Positions 39,385 to 52,639 of a stretch of DNA of 64,000 nucleotides are shown piece by piece. The notes under the pieces are model-generated. The model was not told where the DNA came from. It ran no database searches and saw nothing but the letters and a program-made list of their open reading frames with translations. Positions within the stretch are counted from its first letter, which is position 1. The number at the start of each line of letters is the position of its first letter. The position numbers and the translations under genes are program-made. The stretch comes from Octopus sinensis (Eukaryota). Location: the NCBI RefSeq assembly GCF_006345805.1, contig NC_043012.1, positions 45,942,001-46,006,000 of the forward strand. Direction: 5' to 3'.

Positions 39385-39473
39385 GTGCAGCTGAAGATTG
39401 CTCTGCATTTTATATTGATATAATGATTGCATTGTTCAATTAAATGGAGTTACATGAAACGATCGTACTACAT
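39385..39473 (+). ncRNA. Type I hammerhead in the right arm (long stem II, palindromic stem III)
   Basis: GTGCAG CTGAAGA ... GAAAC GATC GTA CTACAT; ACGATCGT palindrome; one mismatch in stem I. Confidence 0.65.
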
Positions 39474-39523
39474 TACCTTTGGATATCCTTGTTGCTTATT
39501 TTCATATTTATCTATGTTTGTAA

Positions 39524-39571
<48 letters not shown>

Positions 39572-39587
39572 CCACACATAAACACAT

Positions 39588-39646
<59 letters not shown>

Positions 39647-40053
39647 ATATATATATATATATAGATACACACACATACAGACACGCACATAAAGACACAC
39701 ACACACACATATATATATCAACGTTTATGAATTTTTGCTGCCAGATTCCTAATGTGAAAGCGTTGTGTGGAACAAAGATTGTTGTATTTCAGGATGGTCA
39801 TTGTTTTTTTTTCTTAGGAAATAAACACACGCACTATAGAGCTTATGTTCATTTGGCAAAAAGAACCAAAAGAAAATAAAACAAAATTATCATCAGCCGA
39901 AATACAACAATCTATCTATCCATATATATGTATATAGAGAGAGACACACACACACACAGTACACACACACACGCACGCTTACACACATTCTGGATATGGC
40001 TTAAAAGGAATGATAAATATACATATATATATATGTATATGTACATTTATATT

Positions 40054-40090
<37 letters not shown>

Positions 40091-40186
40091 GCATACATAC
40101 TCACACACGCATTCACACACATACACACACGCACTCACACACATTTACACACACTCTGACACACATATACACACACAGACGCACGC

Positions 40187-40242
<56 letters not shown>

Positions 40243-40834
40243 GTACTATTGTACTGATATGAAGGTGTTCCTCTAGCAGGTTTTCATCGTTACACAAATG
40301 TTTGTACACAATGGATATGATTCTTAGCGAATATATGCTGAGAATGCACAAGATTCTAGATTTGTATGAGTTCTCGTCTGTATATAACATTTCCGTTCTC
40401 AGGGTATTTTGTCAACAAAACAATGTGGGTTCCACGCAAGAGAAATTACTCCTTTAAATCTCTTTTATTCAGCTCTAATTTCCGATTAACTGATGTATAG
40501 ACGTAGAAAGGGCTTTCAGCAATAATTAATACACTTGTATTTGTCTTCTGAAAATATGGATTGGATTAATGCAGCTGTTGCCGGCAGATGTGTGTGCTGC
40601 ACGATTCTTTAATTATTTAATTTGCCCCAGATTAGCAATGTCGGTTATTTGAACTAAAGTTTCTTTCGATAGAGAGAAAGTACAGTATGTATGTTTGAGG
40701 CATAATCCATACACAAAGAAAGAAGAAAATTCGAATTAGTGTTGTACTTTCCATTATCATTACTTAATATGTATGTGTGTGTGTGTGTGTATATATATAT
40801 ACATATATAAATAATAAATATATATGTATATATA

Positions 40835-40900
<66 letters not shown>

Positions 40901-40923
40901 TATATATATATTATATATATGTA

Positions 40924-40957
<34 letters not shown>

Positions 40958-42055
40958 CACGCACACACATACACACATATATGCATATATGTACATTATT
41001 ATATAGATATATATGTATATGCATTATATAAATTTGTATGTGATATTTGCTTTATTTACAAGTATGGACGTGCATATGTGTAAGATCGCATAATTTTCTA
41101 GAGAGAGATTCTGACGTTTCTGCAATGTATACACCTTCACACACGCACACACAGTCAACAACCATGCATATATAAGTGCTTGTGTATTTGAGAGCTTGGG
41201 CGCCCGCGCGCGCGTGTGCCCGTTTTCGTGCGAGTGTGTTAGTTCTTGTATGTGTTGTGTGTGTTGGTGTATGTTAGTGTGTGTTGGGTGTATGTCGCTT
41301 TAGTTGCTTGATGTTTATTCCACATGTGAAAAGAAACATTTTAAACATATACTTAATTCCAGGTTATATTTGCTATTTAATCTTATATTGAATTTGAAGC
41401 AGGGAAGTCCTTCATTATTAATTCTGTTCCTTCAACATAACATACTTTTAGTGCCGTATATTATATTTATTTATCAAATTTTCTGGACATGATATGTTAT
41501 CTGAGGAACGGTAATACAAAATTGACAGCGCCGAAGAAATGTTTCGCCTACAGTCTAGTGGATTACACGATATTGCTGGCATATCGCCGTTTTGTTTAAT
41601 TTATACGAGTCAAGTTTGTCCTAAATATTTGATGAGTTTTCAAGTTTTGCTCCATCTTCAAAACTAGAGTTCAGTATAATGACTAGTTGACAATGCGAGA
41701 AGTTTTCTTGCATTAAATTTTTCTTGCATTACAATGAAAATTTGCCGTATCATAGAACAAAAGCGACTAAAACCACAGAAATGTAACATTAGCTATTAAC
41801 TGTAAGATACTGAAATGTATCTGCTCCGTATTAAATATTATTGTTTTACACCTAAGCTACAATTATGTAATTGCTGTCAAAATTATTGTACTACTTGTTA
41901 TGCGAGTGTCTGAAAAATAAGATATTTCGTTTAAATTATCAGAATTAGCAGTGGCAATGAACTGATTCTTCTGCCGTATAATTCTACGAAAAGAATACAT
42001 ATTCTTTTCTATTCTAGGCAGACGGCCTGAAATTTTTTGGGAGGGGGCCAGTCAC

Positions 42056-42331
42056 CCCGGCGGAATTTGAACTCAGAACGTAACGGCAGACGAAATACCT
42101 ATTTCTTTATTGCCCACAAGGGGCTAAACATAGAGGGGACAAACAAGGACAGACAAACGGATTAAGTCGATTATATCGACCCCAGTGCATAACTGGTACT
42201 TATTTAATCCACTCCGAAAGGATGAAAGGCAAAGTCGACCACGGCGGAATTTGAACTCAAAACGTAACGGCAGACGAAATACGGCTACGCATTTCGCCCG
42301 GCGTACTAATGTTTCTGCCAGCTCGCCGCCT
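42056..42331 (-). mobile_element. tRNA-derived SINE, family B, with a partial tandem copy at its 3' end
   Basis: Head GGCGGCGAGCTGGCAGAAAC, body GAGTTCAAATTCCGCC; CGGCGGAATTTGAACTCA(G/A)AACGTAACGGCAGACGAAATAC occurs twice (about 42058 and 42242). Confidence 0.85.
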
Positions 42332-44109
42332 TAAACGGAATCAATATATTATAAGATGTATAACTGTTATAGAAATCAAGAATAAATTCTAATGAGAGAA
42401 GATATGTAAATGTGTAAAAATAATTTCAAAAGCTTATCTAATGCAGTTAAATTTTTTGTGGGGCACAAAGGCATTGAGAGGGGATATCCTTTCTATAGAT
42501 ACATAAGTATGCAAGCATTAAAAACCTATATATAAGTTTAAATCATTTTAATGCATTCTCCATAAATTTTGCATTCTAATCTATAATTTACATTTATTTG
42601 CAGTACATATATTTAAATATACAGAACATAATGCAGATAAATATTTTATCAATTCTAAATGTAATAAAGGACAGGAATGAATATTGAATTATAGGCTAAC
42701 GGAAACTGAGCCTCCAGTTACCTCTTTATCGCTTTTCCAAGCTACTTAGGGAAGCCAAAAGTTAAAAAGTGTAACTACGTGAAAATTTTCTCTTTTTAAT
42801 ACACAAACCGCAAAAATAATTGATGACCCTGTTCTTCTGTTTACAGTTATCTGAGAGGGTGTACGTACATAAAACAATTATTTCATTCCTTTGTATTCAA
42901 GCAACAGTCAAATTGAACAAAAATTATATGAAATTAACTCTTAAGGTTTTGAGATTAAGTTCATCTGAGAATCATAAAGACTGATTGTTTTTGTAAATCA
43001 TTCTCTACATAACCCCAAGCTTAATAATTTAAAATCATGCCAGGATAACCCTGGCTTTGATTTCTTGAAACAATATTTCTAATATCCATGTACTTAATTA
43101 AATATACCAAGTGACCTTCCTCTACTTTATCCAACCCTCTGAAAAATTTCAAATGAGAAATATTCAGCTTTCTCTATGCCAAACTACAAGTAATATATTT
43201 AAATTCACAATATGGATCAAAGGAATCATTTCATTTTGATGATTAAACTTAAGTTGTTTTAAATGAAACAAGTAGAAAAGCAAAGTTTTTAAAACTTCCA
43301 GTGCAATATGCAGTCATTTTGTGTCAATATTTTGAGCCTACTCAACAAAGCGTCTATTGGAATCGCAGAAAATATTCGAACACCGGCAGCTAATTTCTGT
43401 CTAGAATTAAAATTCATACAAATACTACTAAGAACACAAGTATACTATATGACAAAATGGGAAAATTTTCAAAAATATGCAAGTTTGAGGAACAGAATGA
43501 AAGATGCAATGAGTATGGTGCACAGGTGTTGCTCCAACATTTAATGTCTTTACTATATGCGTCGGGCGCGTTGATAAGCAAGTACTAATAAAGCATGCAA
43601 CAACAACGAGATTATTTCGAATTATCAACTACATCTCCTTTAAATTACAACCCATCATCTTTTAAACATCTAATACAATGTGCTAAATATCGAAACAAGT
43701 CTAATATTTACGGGTATAACACGTATATTTGTCACAAAGCAGTCATAAAATTTGGCTTAAGAATTTTAGTCACAAAAGTTTGCGTATCAGCAGCAGTAGC
43801 CGCAAATGTTAGCAAAAACCACCTTACATAAACGGAAAGAATGAAGCAGCTATAAGTTAATTTCACTCTGATCAATGTAAACGTCCACTTCTCATAACAA
43901 ATCGTCGAAATAAACGTACTTGCATTAACTATTAAATACGCCTTGCTGTTAGTTGTTAAATAGAAATCACTTCTCAGATGAATAGTGCCGATATGTTGAA
44001 TGAAGACCCCACGATATATGATAAACACACATGCCTGTATTATTCATATATGACATACTTAATTATAGTATATACATATAAACATTAAATGTGTGTGTAT
44101 GTGCGCGTG

Positions 44110-44165
<56 letters not shown>

Positions 44166-44284
44166 CATATATATATATATATACATAAGTATATGCATAT
44201 ATATATATATATATAAGTACATATATATATACATGCATACGTATATATTCATAAATATATTCGCACACATGTATTTATATAATA

Positions 44285-44328
<44 letters not shown>

Positions 44329-44835
44329 TATACATATATATGCATATATATGCATATATATATATACACACATACATAAATATATACATACAGAATGAAA
44401 GACACCGAAAATGAGGGAGGGAGGGAGAGTCATGGAGAGTGAATGAAAGGTGGGGAGGGCAAAAGTGGGGAGAGATAGTATGGCAAATATAGCAGTGGTT
44501 CCAGCAATATGAGAAGTAGTGACAGAGCTAGAGAGACTGAGAGAAATAGCAATACCTAATATACAGATGATTAAGATAAACTTTGGTTAGCTGAACCAGC
44601 TGAAAGACTTATCAGAGAGAGAAGTTATGCGCATCAGACTGGAACTAGATCATATCAAATGTATGTTTGGTGTGATTGAAAATCTAGTCTGGCTCTATGG
44701 AGATTTCTACCTATGTTGCGAGACGTTCATCAAAACATCATATTGATGTCATTCAAAGCTATACGCATATACGTGACCCCTATATAAATGTATTTGTATT
44801 CAAGTACATAATACACGAGAAAAAGAAACGCATAG

Positions 44836-44879
<44 letters not shown>

Positions 44880-45035
44880 GTATTATATATATTATATATA
44901 TAAAACTATATATATATATACATACATATATATATATATATCCCCATCTGTATTCCTATAAATTTTTATATACATCTAACCGTATGTGTGTGTGTACAAT
45001 AAATATGTGTATATATGCGTGTGTGTACGTGTTAG

Positions 45036-45079
<44 letters not shown>

Positions 45080-46639
45080 TATATACATATATATTTAGGT
45101 ACCTATATTTATTTGTAAACAGGCACACAGGCACACTCGCACTTATGTGTGCCTCAGTCACTATTTGAATATAATTCCGTAGAATATACGTATATGTATA
45201 CATACACACGTACGTACATACATACATATACATCTATACGTGTACACGTATGTGTACACACACACACACATTTATATATACTTGTGTGTGTGTGTGTGTG
45301 TATACGGCACATGTATATATATGTATATTACATTATATATACCTGCCTGCACAAACACACGTAAACACACACACATATATATATAGATAGATATACATAT
45401 ATATAGGTATAGATAGATATCTCACTTAATGTATGTTATTAAATATGTACACACTGTGAGAATGATAACGTTGTGTTGTCTGAGACGAAATCCCTTCAAA
45501 GGCTTGTGTTAAAGGCCCAATATAAATTGTTCCTGCTGTGACTCACACTATTGACAGCATATTTTCGCTCTCTCTGAGCATTCAGTGCCGTGCACCTGAT
45601 TTTCATATGCTGAAATATAATTTTTCGCTCATCATTTTGGAAACAGTATATAAAATATTGAGATAGAATTTCGTTTTAAGCAAGAAATAGTCCTGTGTGC
45701 AACATTGACGACACTCGAGGAAGGCGAAATGCGCTCGCGTTTCTGGTCTCACTGAATAATGATATTTTGCATTTACGCCAACGCTAAGAAGGGATTTTAT
45801 TTTGGAAATATACACAGTGTCATATTTTATATTTGTATATGCGTATGTATACATTTTAGCGTACGTATAAATGTATATAATCTTAAACGTATACATGTAT
45901 AATACGCATATCAATATAAAATATATATCAAATATACATGAATATATGTGTGACGGTGAGCATGCGTTCATATATTTGTTTTGATAGTAAAAATAAGTGT
46001 AGTAAAATTTAAAGCAAAAGTTACATCCATGTAGTATCGCATCACATATAAGGAAAATTATACGAGGTAGAAAATGCCAAAACGGCATACCATTAATGAT
46101 TTCATGGTCAGTGTGTAAAATTTCGCTCTGCATTCTTCAGTACAACATAATTAGAACATAAAATTATGAACATGTATACATAGCAAACGAATATTAATTG
46201 TATGCAACTAAATCTGTTTCTAAAAGGTATCTTTGCATGTTGCATTCCCTCGCTTTCGGTGCAATGTATATTTATTGAAGTAGTTTGATTTTTGAGTCCC
46301 ATTACAGCGCGAGGCGTTTACTTACAGCTATAGTTCTTAAGATAATTAATGTACTTATATTTAAAAGATAAATTGAATACTTTTAATTAATTCTTTTAAA
46401 AGCGATTTTTCACACAGTCTACTTGATAAATTCTTATAAACATTCTATCTTTATATATATAAATAATAAATATTAGGGAATATATCCAAATTTACAGGGA
46501 AAAAATCAGATTTAGGATTAAATCCAATTTTATAGTAAAATATTATAAAATATTATTTGAGACAAAACCACTATTTTGCAAAACAAACAAGGAAAGACTT
46601 AATCAATACATAAAATTTAATAAATAGTCAAAAAAACCG

Positions 46640-46682
46640 CCACTACAATCGTTTCTTGTCTTGATCGACAATCTTCAGGTGG
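46640..46682 (-). ncRNA. Minimal type I hammerhead ribozyme, canonical core
   Basis: CCAC CUGAAGA UUGUC-gaucaa-GACAA GAAAC gauu GUA GUGG. Confidence 0.85.
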
Positions 46683-47063
46683 ACTTCCAATAATTCAGTT
46701 ACAAATTAGGCTCACACACTGACTCTCTTCATTTGTAACTCATACATCGATAACTGTCAAGCAGACATATCTACACATATCTAAACTTCTTTTTTTAATG
46801 TTAGAATAATTTATTGATTCTCCAAAATCTTTCGCTGCATCACTTTTCAAGAAATTCCCGAAAGCCTTCAGTTTGCAGGTGTATTGAAAATCGATTTCAG
46901 TTAAATCTGCTGTTAGCCACAAGTTGGCTCCTGTTAAAGCTGACCTATAGCCAAAGTCAACCCAGCTCTAATCTACAAGTTATTTCTTTTCTGTAACGGG
47001 ACTACATTATTCAAAGACAGTATAATTTGTAACTTCATAATTTGTAACTGAATTATTGGAAGT

Positions 47064-47106
47064 CCACCTGAAGATTGTCGATCAAGACAAGAAACGATTG
47101 TAGTGC
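47064..47106 (+). ncRNA. Minimal type I hammerhead ribozyme (inverted twin of 46640-46682)
   Basis: Same sequence, but one G is missing in the 3' strand of stem I (GTGCGG versus GTGGCGG). Confidence 0.8.
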
Positions 47107-47793
47107 GGTTTTTTTTGACTATTTATTAATTTTATGTATTGATTAAGTCTTTCCTTGTTTGTTTTGCAAAATAGTGGTTTTGTCTCAAATAATATTTTAT
47201 ATTATTTTATAATCTTTATATATATATATATATATATATGAATACAGTGTACATTTAAACACATAAGAGGTAGCCATCATAGGACTACCAATATGCTAGA
47301 GAGGACAGTTAAATTCCGAACCACTATTAGAGATAAAAATAGAGGAGAATAAAAATAAAAAACATTTACCATCTAACTCCTGCATATATATGTATATATT
47401 TATGTATGTATTTATATATATATACACCACTAACTCTTCAATTGAAACCACCAAACCCTATACACTACCTACATCACTCACATCTCTAATTCCAGATCTA
47501 CTTACCTCCCTTTAAAATAATCCAGAACTACTTACCTCCCTTACAAATAATCTTTTTTCTCAGAAACTATTAGACCTGACACCGTATATTAACCGGTGTT
47601 GTTCAAACGATGAATAGCCTTCGCGTAAATCACTGGTTCGTTTTGTTCTCTTACTGTATTATCATCTTATAATGATCTCATAATAATGACCCTTATGATT
47701 CGAATTACTACCTCAGTCAATCTAAATGTATATATTTGTCACTACCTGTCATAAATAGCCTTTTTCTATTTGCAATATGCATTTTCGTTGATT

Positions 47794-47850
<57 letters not shown>

Positions 47851-47854
47851 ATAT

Positions 47855-47885
<31 letters not shown>

Positions 47886-48317
47886 TATATATTGATTGAT
47901 TTTTATTTTTACGGTGACGTTTATGCCGATTTGTATGCAGAATTAGCCCTAATACACCTGCAGCATATTGATTAATGGGCTCGGAAGACGTTGCCATATA
48001 TGGGAGACGTTATGTTATCGTGAGAGTGGTTTCGAGGGTAAGAAAAAGGAAATGGAACCTCTTACAGATAAAAATTCCTAGTCATTGAAGATGTGCAATG
48101 TTAAATTCGAATGATCTGTCAGATTTGTAAACACTGCCCTATTACAATATTTCGCAATAAATAAACAGATATGCAATACACTGTAGTCTTCCTTTCGATC
48201 TGGGTTTACTAGTGTAAGGATCACTGATTTGGAAATGTAATGTCGTGTAAATGAAACAGTAATAGACATGTACTGCCTAGCGTTAGCTTCTTTCTCAAAT
48301 GTGTACCTTATACACAT

Positions 48318-48508
48318 TTAGGCTCACACACTGACTCTCTTCATTTGTAACTCATACATCGATAACTGTCAAGCAGACATATCTACACATATCTAAACTT
48401 CTTTTTTTAATGTTAGAATAATTTATTGATTCTCCAAAATCTTTCGCTGCATCACTTTTCAAGAAATTCCCGAAAGCCTTCAGTTTGCAGGGGTATTGAA
48501 AATCGATT
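48318..48508. repeat. 191-bp direct copy of 46706-46896
   Basis: Offset 1612 bp; one visible mismatch (GCAGGTGTA versus GCAGGGGTA). Confidence 0.9.
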
Positions 48509-49818
48509 GATCAGAGTTAAAGCCTAGAGCGTCTCACGTTGATCTTAATTCGGTTAGTGTGAGATTGTTCAGAAAATCTATTCTCTTTTGTAATCTTTCC
48601 GTGGAAATTCTAAATGTGTAGTCAATGTCACAGTCAATGTTTAGATACAGTTAAGGATGTTCACAATTCTGAGGCCCATGTATACTGTCGTTCTTAGCTC
48701 AAGTTTAGATATGTCCATGACATTTTTTCTAGTAACTCTTCTATTATTATGGTTTAGTTTTAGGACTTTTAACTGACTGTCATCTATATCGTAGACTTAA
48801 AAGTCTGGTGAATTTAATATACCAATAATATGACACATTTCAGCACAATCTTTGCTATGCATGTACTTTTGCCACGTTAAGAGAGGATCTTGTTATTAGG
48901 AACCGCATTGTTTTGGCAAGGCCCTCATTACTCAGATCTTGGTTAAGGATTCTCTTTTAGTTCATTTGGTTTTAAAAGAAAAGACTTATTTTGTATGAGG
49001 TAGAACTCGCTTATTTCGAATTCTTTCAATGAATAGAAATATACGTAACTGATTCGAATGAAAATTTTAAAACCAGTCTCTGTGAGTCAGAAACGTTAAG
49101 CCGAAGATCATGTGAAATTGAACACAGAACAACAGTCGAAAATTTACCTTGTATAATAGAATGTCAGTGTTAGGACACATTTCTAAGGAAATCCAGAGAA
49201 ATTACAGGTGGAATAAATAGCTGTTCAAATATATGATAGAGGATGGTGACATGTATGTAACTCTTTTCTATTGTTTAGTTTTGGTTCCTGTTTGAATCAA
49301 TGGAGTTATTAATATCAAGAGCCAGCTGGAGAGATGAATTAGACGATAATTCCTTTGATAAATGGTACTCTTAGCTCAACAGTCAGTTTCCTTTCTAAGT
49401 GGAAAAAGAATATTGAAATTGAGGCTTGTATTGTCGACCAGCAGAAAAGTACAATCCTGTATTCTGCAAAAATATTCTTAGAAAGAAAAGATTCTTTCCA
49501 ACACTTAGAAAGAAAAGATTACCAACACTCAGGACAACATCTCTGCAAAATATTGTAGAATGCAATAGTTGTATAATTCTTCTTATTACAAAAGGCAGCA
49601 GAGTTTGTTCTGACTTCAGATTCCACCAATGTCGATTTTTCCTTTCTCCCTTTCTGGGTCGGGGAAATAAGTCCCAGTCAAGTACTGAAGTCGTTGTAAT
49701 CGACTAAACCAATCCCTCGGAATTGCTGGCACTATGCTTATAGCAGAACGGTTTATCACTAAAGGCAGTCAGGTGGCAGGATCGTTAGTGCTTCTCCTTC
49801 AGCTTAAGAAACACCCAA

Positions 49819-49935
<117 letters not shown>

Positions 49936-49944
49936 TGAGTGAGT

Positions 49945-50017
49945 GACTGACTGAGGGGTGAGTAACATCTGGACTGTAGGGAGGATGAGGGACAGTTTTC
50001 ATACTCGTCTCCGCCAA
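49945..50017 (-). pseudogene. Mariner transposase scrap
   Basis: VPHPPYSPDVT motif only. Confidence 0.5.
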
Positions 50018-50099
50018 GAAATGGTTACTAGGATGCTCTTTACTGGATGTTCTTTACTATAGTGCTTTAAAGTTTTATAAAACCATTGTCTACATTTAG

Positions 50100-50270
50100 A
50101 TAATGCTTCCAGATAATGCTTCCAATTGGCAATTAATTAAATTATTTTCTTTATATAATAATATGTATAGCGATTCTTTTGTACAAAGACGGCAGATAGA
50201 AGATTTATGCGTATATGGTGTAGCTGAGTCAATGATTGACCAGGAAAATATAACTTTACATCTATAAATA
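50100..50270 (-). pseudogene. Penelope-like GIY-YIG endonuclease C-terminal remnant
   Basis: WSIIDSATPY..SSICRLCTKESLYIL..NLIN matches the PLE motif WxI...PY....CxLCxxEKxxI...LLN. Confidence 0.7.
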
Positions 50271-50280
50271 TATATATATA

Positions 50281-51444
50281 TAATGTAAAGTATAGAAGCC
50301 ATTTTATCATGGCTAACCACATTGGGGAGGGGGTGTTACTGTAGCTTTATAGCCCCAAGAGATCTTCGTCTCTAGCTGGCTTTAGACACAATATATGTCC
50401 TTGGAGTATTTGCAAAGGGAGGACATCCCTTCCTCGCAAGCCTGAGTGATACGCTCGAACTACTTCGGGATTGTTGTCCTCGTCAACGGGCGGTAACCAC
50501 CAGGTAGCGATGAATGAGAAGGCTCCTTTGCAAATAGATATAAGTTTTTCTAATGGCGTCTGCCACTGATGTCGAAAAACGAACAGTAAGCATAATTAAA
50601 TCTCAGCATGAGATTGAAACAGTAATCGCTCGATAATGTAAAGTACAGAAGCCATCTTATCATGGCTAACCACATTGGGGAGGGGGTGTTACTGTAGCTT
50701 TATAGCCCCAAGAGATCTTCGTCTCTAGCTGGAGTATTTGCAAAGGGAGGCCATCCCTTCCTCTCAAGCCTGAGTGATAAGATGGCTTCTATACTTTACA
50801 TTATCGAGCGATTACTGTTTCAATCTCATTCTGAGATTTAATTATGCTATATATATATATATAATATATATATATATAATGTAAAGTATAGAAGCCATTT
50901 TATCATGGCTAACCACATTGGGGAGGGGGTGTTACTGTAGCTTTATAGCCCCAAGAGATCTTCGTCTCTAGCTGGCTTTAGACACAATATATGTCCTTGG
51001 AGTATTTGCAAAGGGAGGACATCCCTTCCTCGCAAGCCTGAGTGATACGCTCGAACTACTTCCGGGATTGTTGTCCCTCGTCAACGGGCAGTAACCACCA
51101 GGTAGCGATGAATGAGAAGGCTCCTTTGCAAATAGATATAAGTTTTTCTAATGGCGTCTGCCACTGATGTCGAAAAACGAACAGTAAGCATAATTAAATC
51201 TCAGCATGAGATTGAAACAGTAATCGCTCGATAATGTAAAGTACAGAAGCCATCTTATCATGGCTAACCACATTGGGGAGGGGGTGTTACTGTAGCTTTA
51301 TAGCCCCAGAGATCTTCGTCTCTAGCTGGAGTATTTGCAAAGGGAGGCCATCCCTTCCTCTCAAGCCTGAGTGATAAGATGGCTTCTATACTTTACATTA
51401 TCGAGCGATTACTGTTTCAATCTCATTCTGAGATTTAATTATGC

Positions 51445-51445
<1 letters not shown>
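50281..51445 (-). mobile_element. Two tandem 596-bp blocks, each with 1.4 copies of a 353-bp hammerhead-containing monomer plus an inverted segment (copy C)
   Basis: Blocks start at 50281 and 50877; monomer period 50281 to 50634; inverted segment 50776-50848; hammerheads at 50441-50504 and 51037-51102. Confidence 0.8.
51037..51102 (-). ncRNA. Type I hammerhead variant (also at 50441-50504)
   Basis: CCUGGU.. UUGACGA GGGA-caacaa-UCCC (G)GAA GUA..UAU C ACUCAGG; C3U and A15.1G deviations; the two copies differ by homopolymer indels. Confidence 0.55.
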
Positions 51446-51503
<58 letters not shown>

Positions 51504-52444
51504 GTAATAATATAAAAATAACAGGAACCAAGAGGTGGAACGAAACGACGAATCGGAACGAACCTGACGCGGGGCGCTGTCAGACAATAATGTGATAAAT
51601 AAAAATATATGCATACATACAAACATATATGTACGTACCTACATCTACATGTATATATACATGCATATATAAATAATTATACGTGAGTACAGGACACCAC
51701 AATAAGACGTAGAAACGGGAAAATCAAAAAAACAAAAAACAAGAAAACGAAAAAACAAAAAACAAGAAAACGGAAAAAAACAGTTACAGGACGTGCTACA
51801 CAAGGAAAAAACCCCCGTCATCAGCTGTCGCTAGTAGAGTCAAGCATGTTTCGAAGGCAGAGACAGAACACTAATCCGCTAGGCCTTCCTGCGAGAGAAT
51901 TAAAATAAAATTCCAAGCAGCGGGGCAAAATGAGTACGAACACGAACAGGACGAACAATAAAACTGCAAAAATAAAAATACATGTACAAGAAACACAAAT
52001 AAATTCAAAACGAGAAAATAAAAAGAGAATACGATACAGGAAATCAAACACACATGAGCACGAACGAAAAAGCCTTTTTATCTGGCATAGACGAAGGATA
52101 CTGTAGCAGCGCGTGGGAGGCAGTCTTTTCAGTAGTAAGAGCAACGTGTAAAAGAAAATTTTATAGGCTGGCAGTAAGGAAGAAGGAAGGAGGAGGGGGA
52201 CACGCGGCTGAGAGAGAGAAGAGGAGTGGGAGGGAGAGAGAGTGGAGAGGGTAAAGCAAAGGGAGAAAATTGGCTTAGATTTTCCTTTGGGGCTAGCCAG
52301 ATTGGAGCAATCTCAAGATTAATCAGCCGAAATTGCGAGGATGATCCGGTTCTTGACTGAAAATTGAAGGCTTCGAATGTCCCGTCCGTGTTTTTTGTAT
52401 CGTCTTCTAAATGTTTTGCGTTCTTGTCCCAGTTTGTATTTTTT

Positions 52445-52494
<50 letters not shown>

Positions 52495-52639
52495 GTGTGT
52501 GTATATATAAATATATATGTAGCCAATGAAGTAGTGTTACTCGTTATGTTCGGTTTAAATGAATGGATATGTGCTAAAAATCTTTGATTAAAGTTAATAG
52601 AGTTCCCTACTTTTACCATACTGTGTGAGTTATCAGTTT

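Larger units (their letters stand above)
36803..39502. mobile_element. 2.7-kb fold-back element: about 480-bp inverted arms enclosing a diverged internal direct repeat
   Basis: 36803-37275 is the reverse complement of 39003-39502 (roughly 80-85% identity by eye); internal 37380-37995 resembles 38260-38965; flanked by (TA)n; each arm carries a hammerhead motif. Confidence 0.75.
46545..47200. mobile_element. Fold-back Penelope-like fragment with 164-bp inverted arms
   Basis: 46545-46708 is the near-perfect reverse complement of 47038-47200; each arm contains a hammerhead. Confidence 0.8.

Noticed and set aside
45603-46133. 176-aa minus-strand ORF
   Set aside because: Composition is dominated by Y, I and T from AT-rich low-complexity DNA; no recognisable motif
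48510-48960. Possible decayed endonuclease or LINE coding remnant on the minus strand
   Set aside because: Only vague similarity and no diagnostic motif could be read
51810-52385. GAAA...CUGAnGA motifs in type II order (51810-51860 minus, 52325-52380 plus)
   Set aside because: No valid NUH triplet or closed stem I could be built; probably decayed Penelope-like sequence
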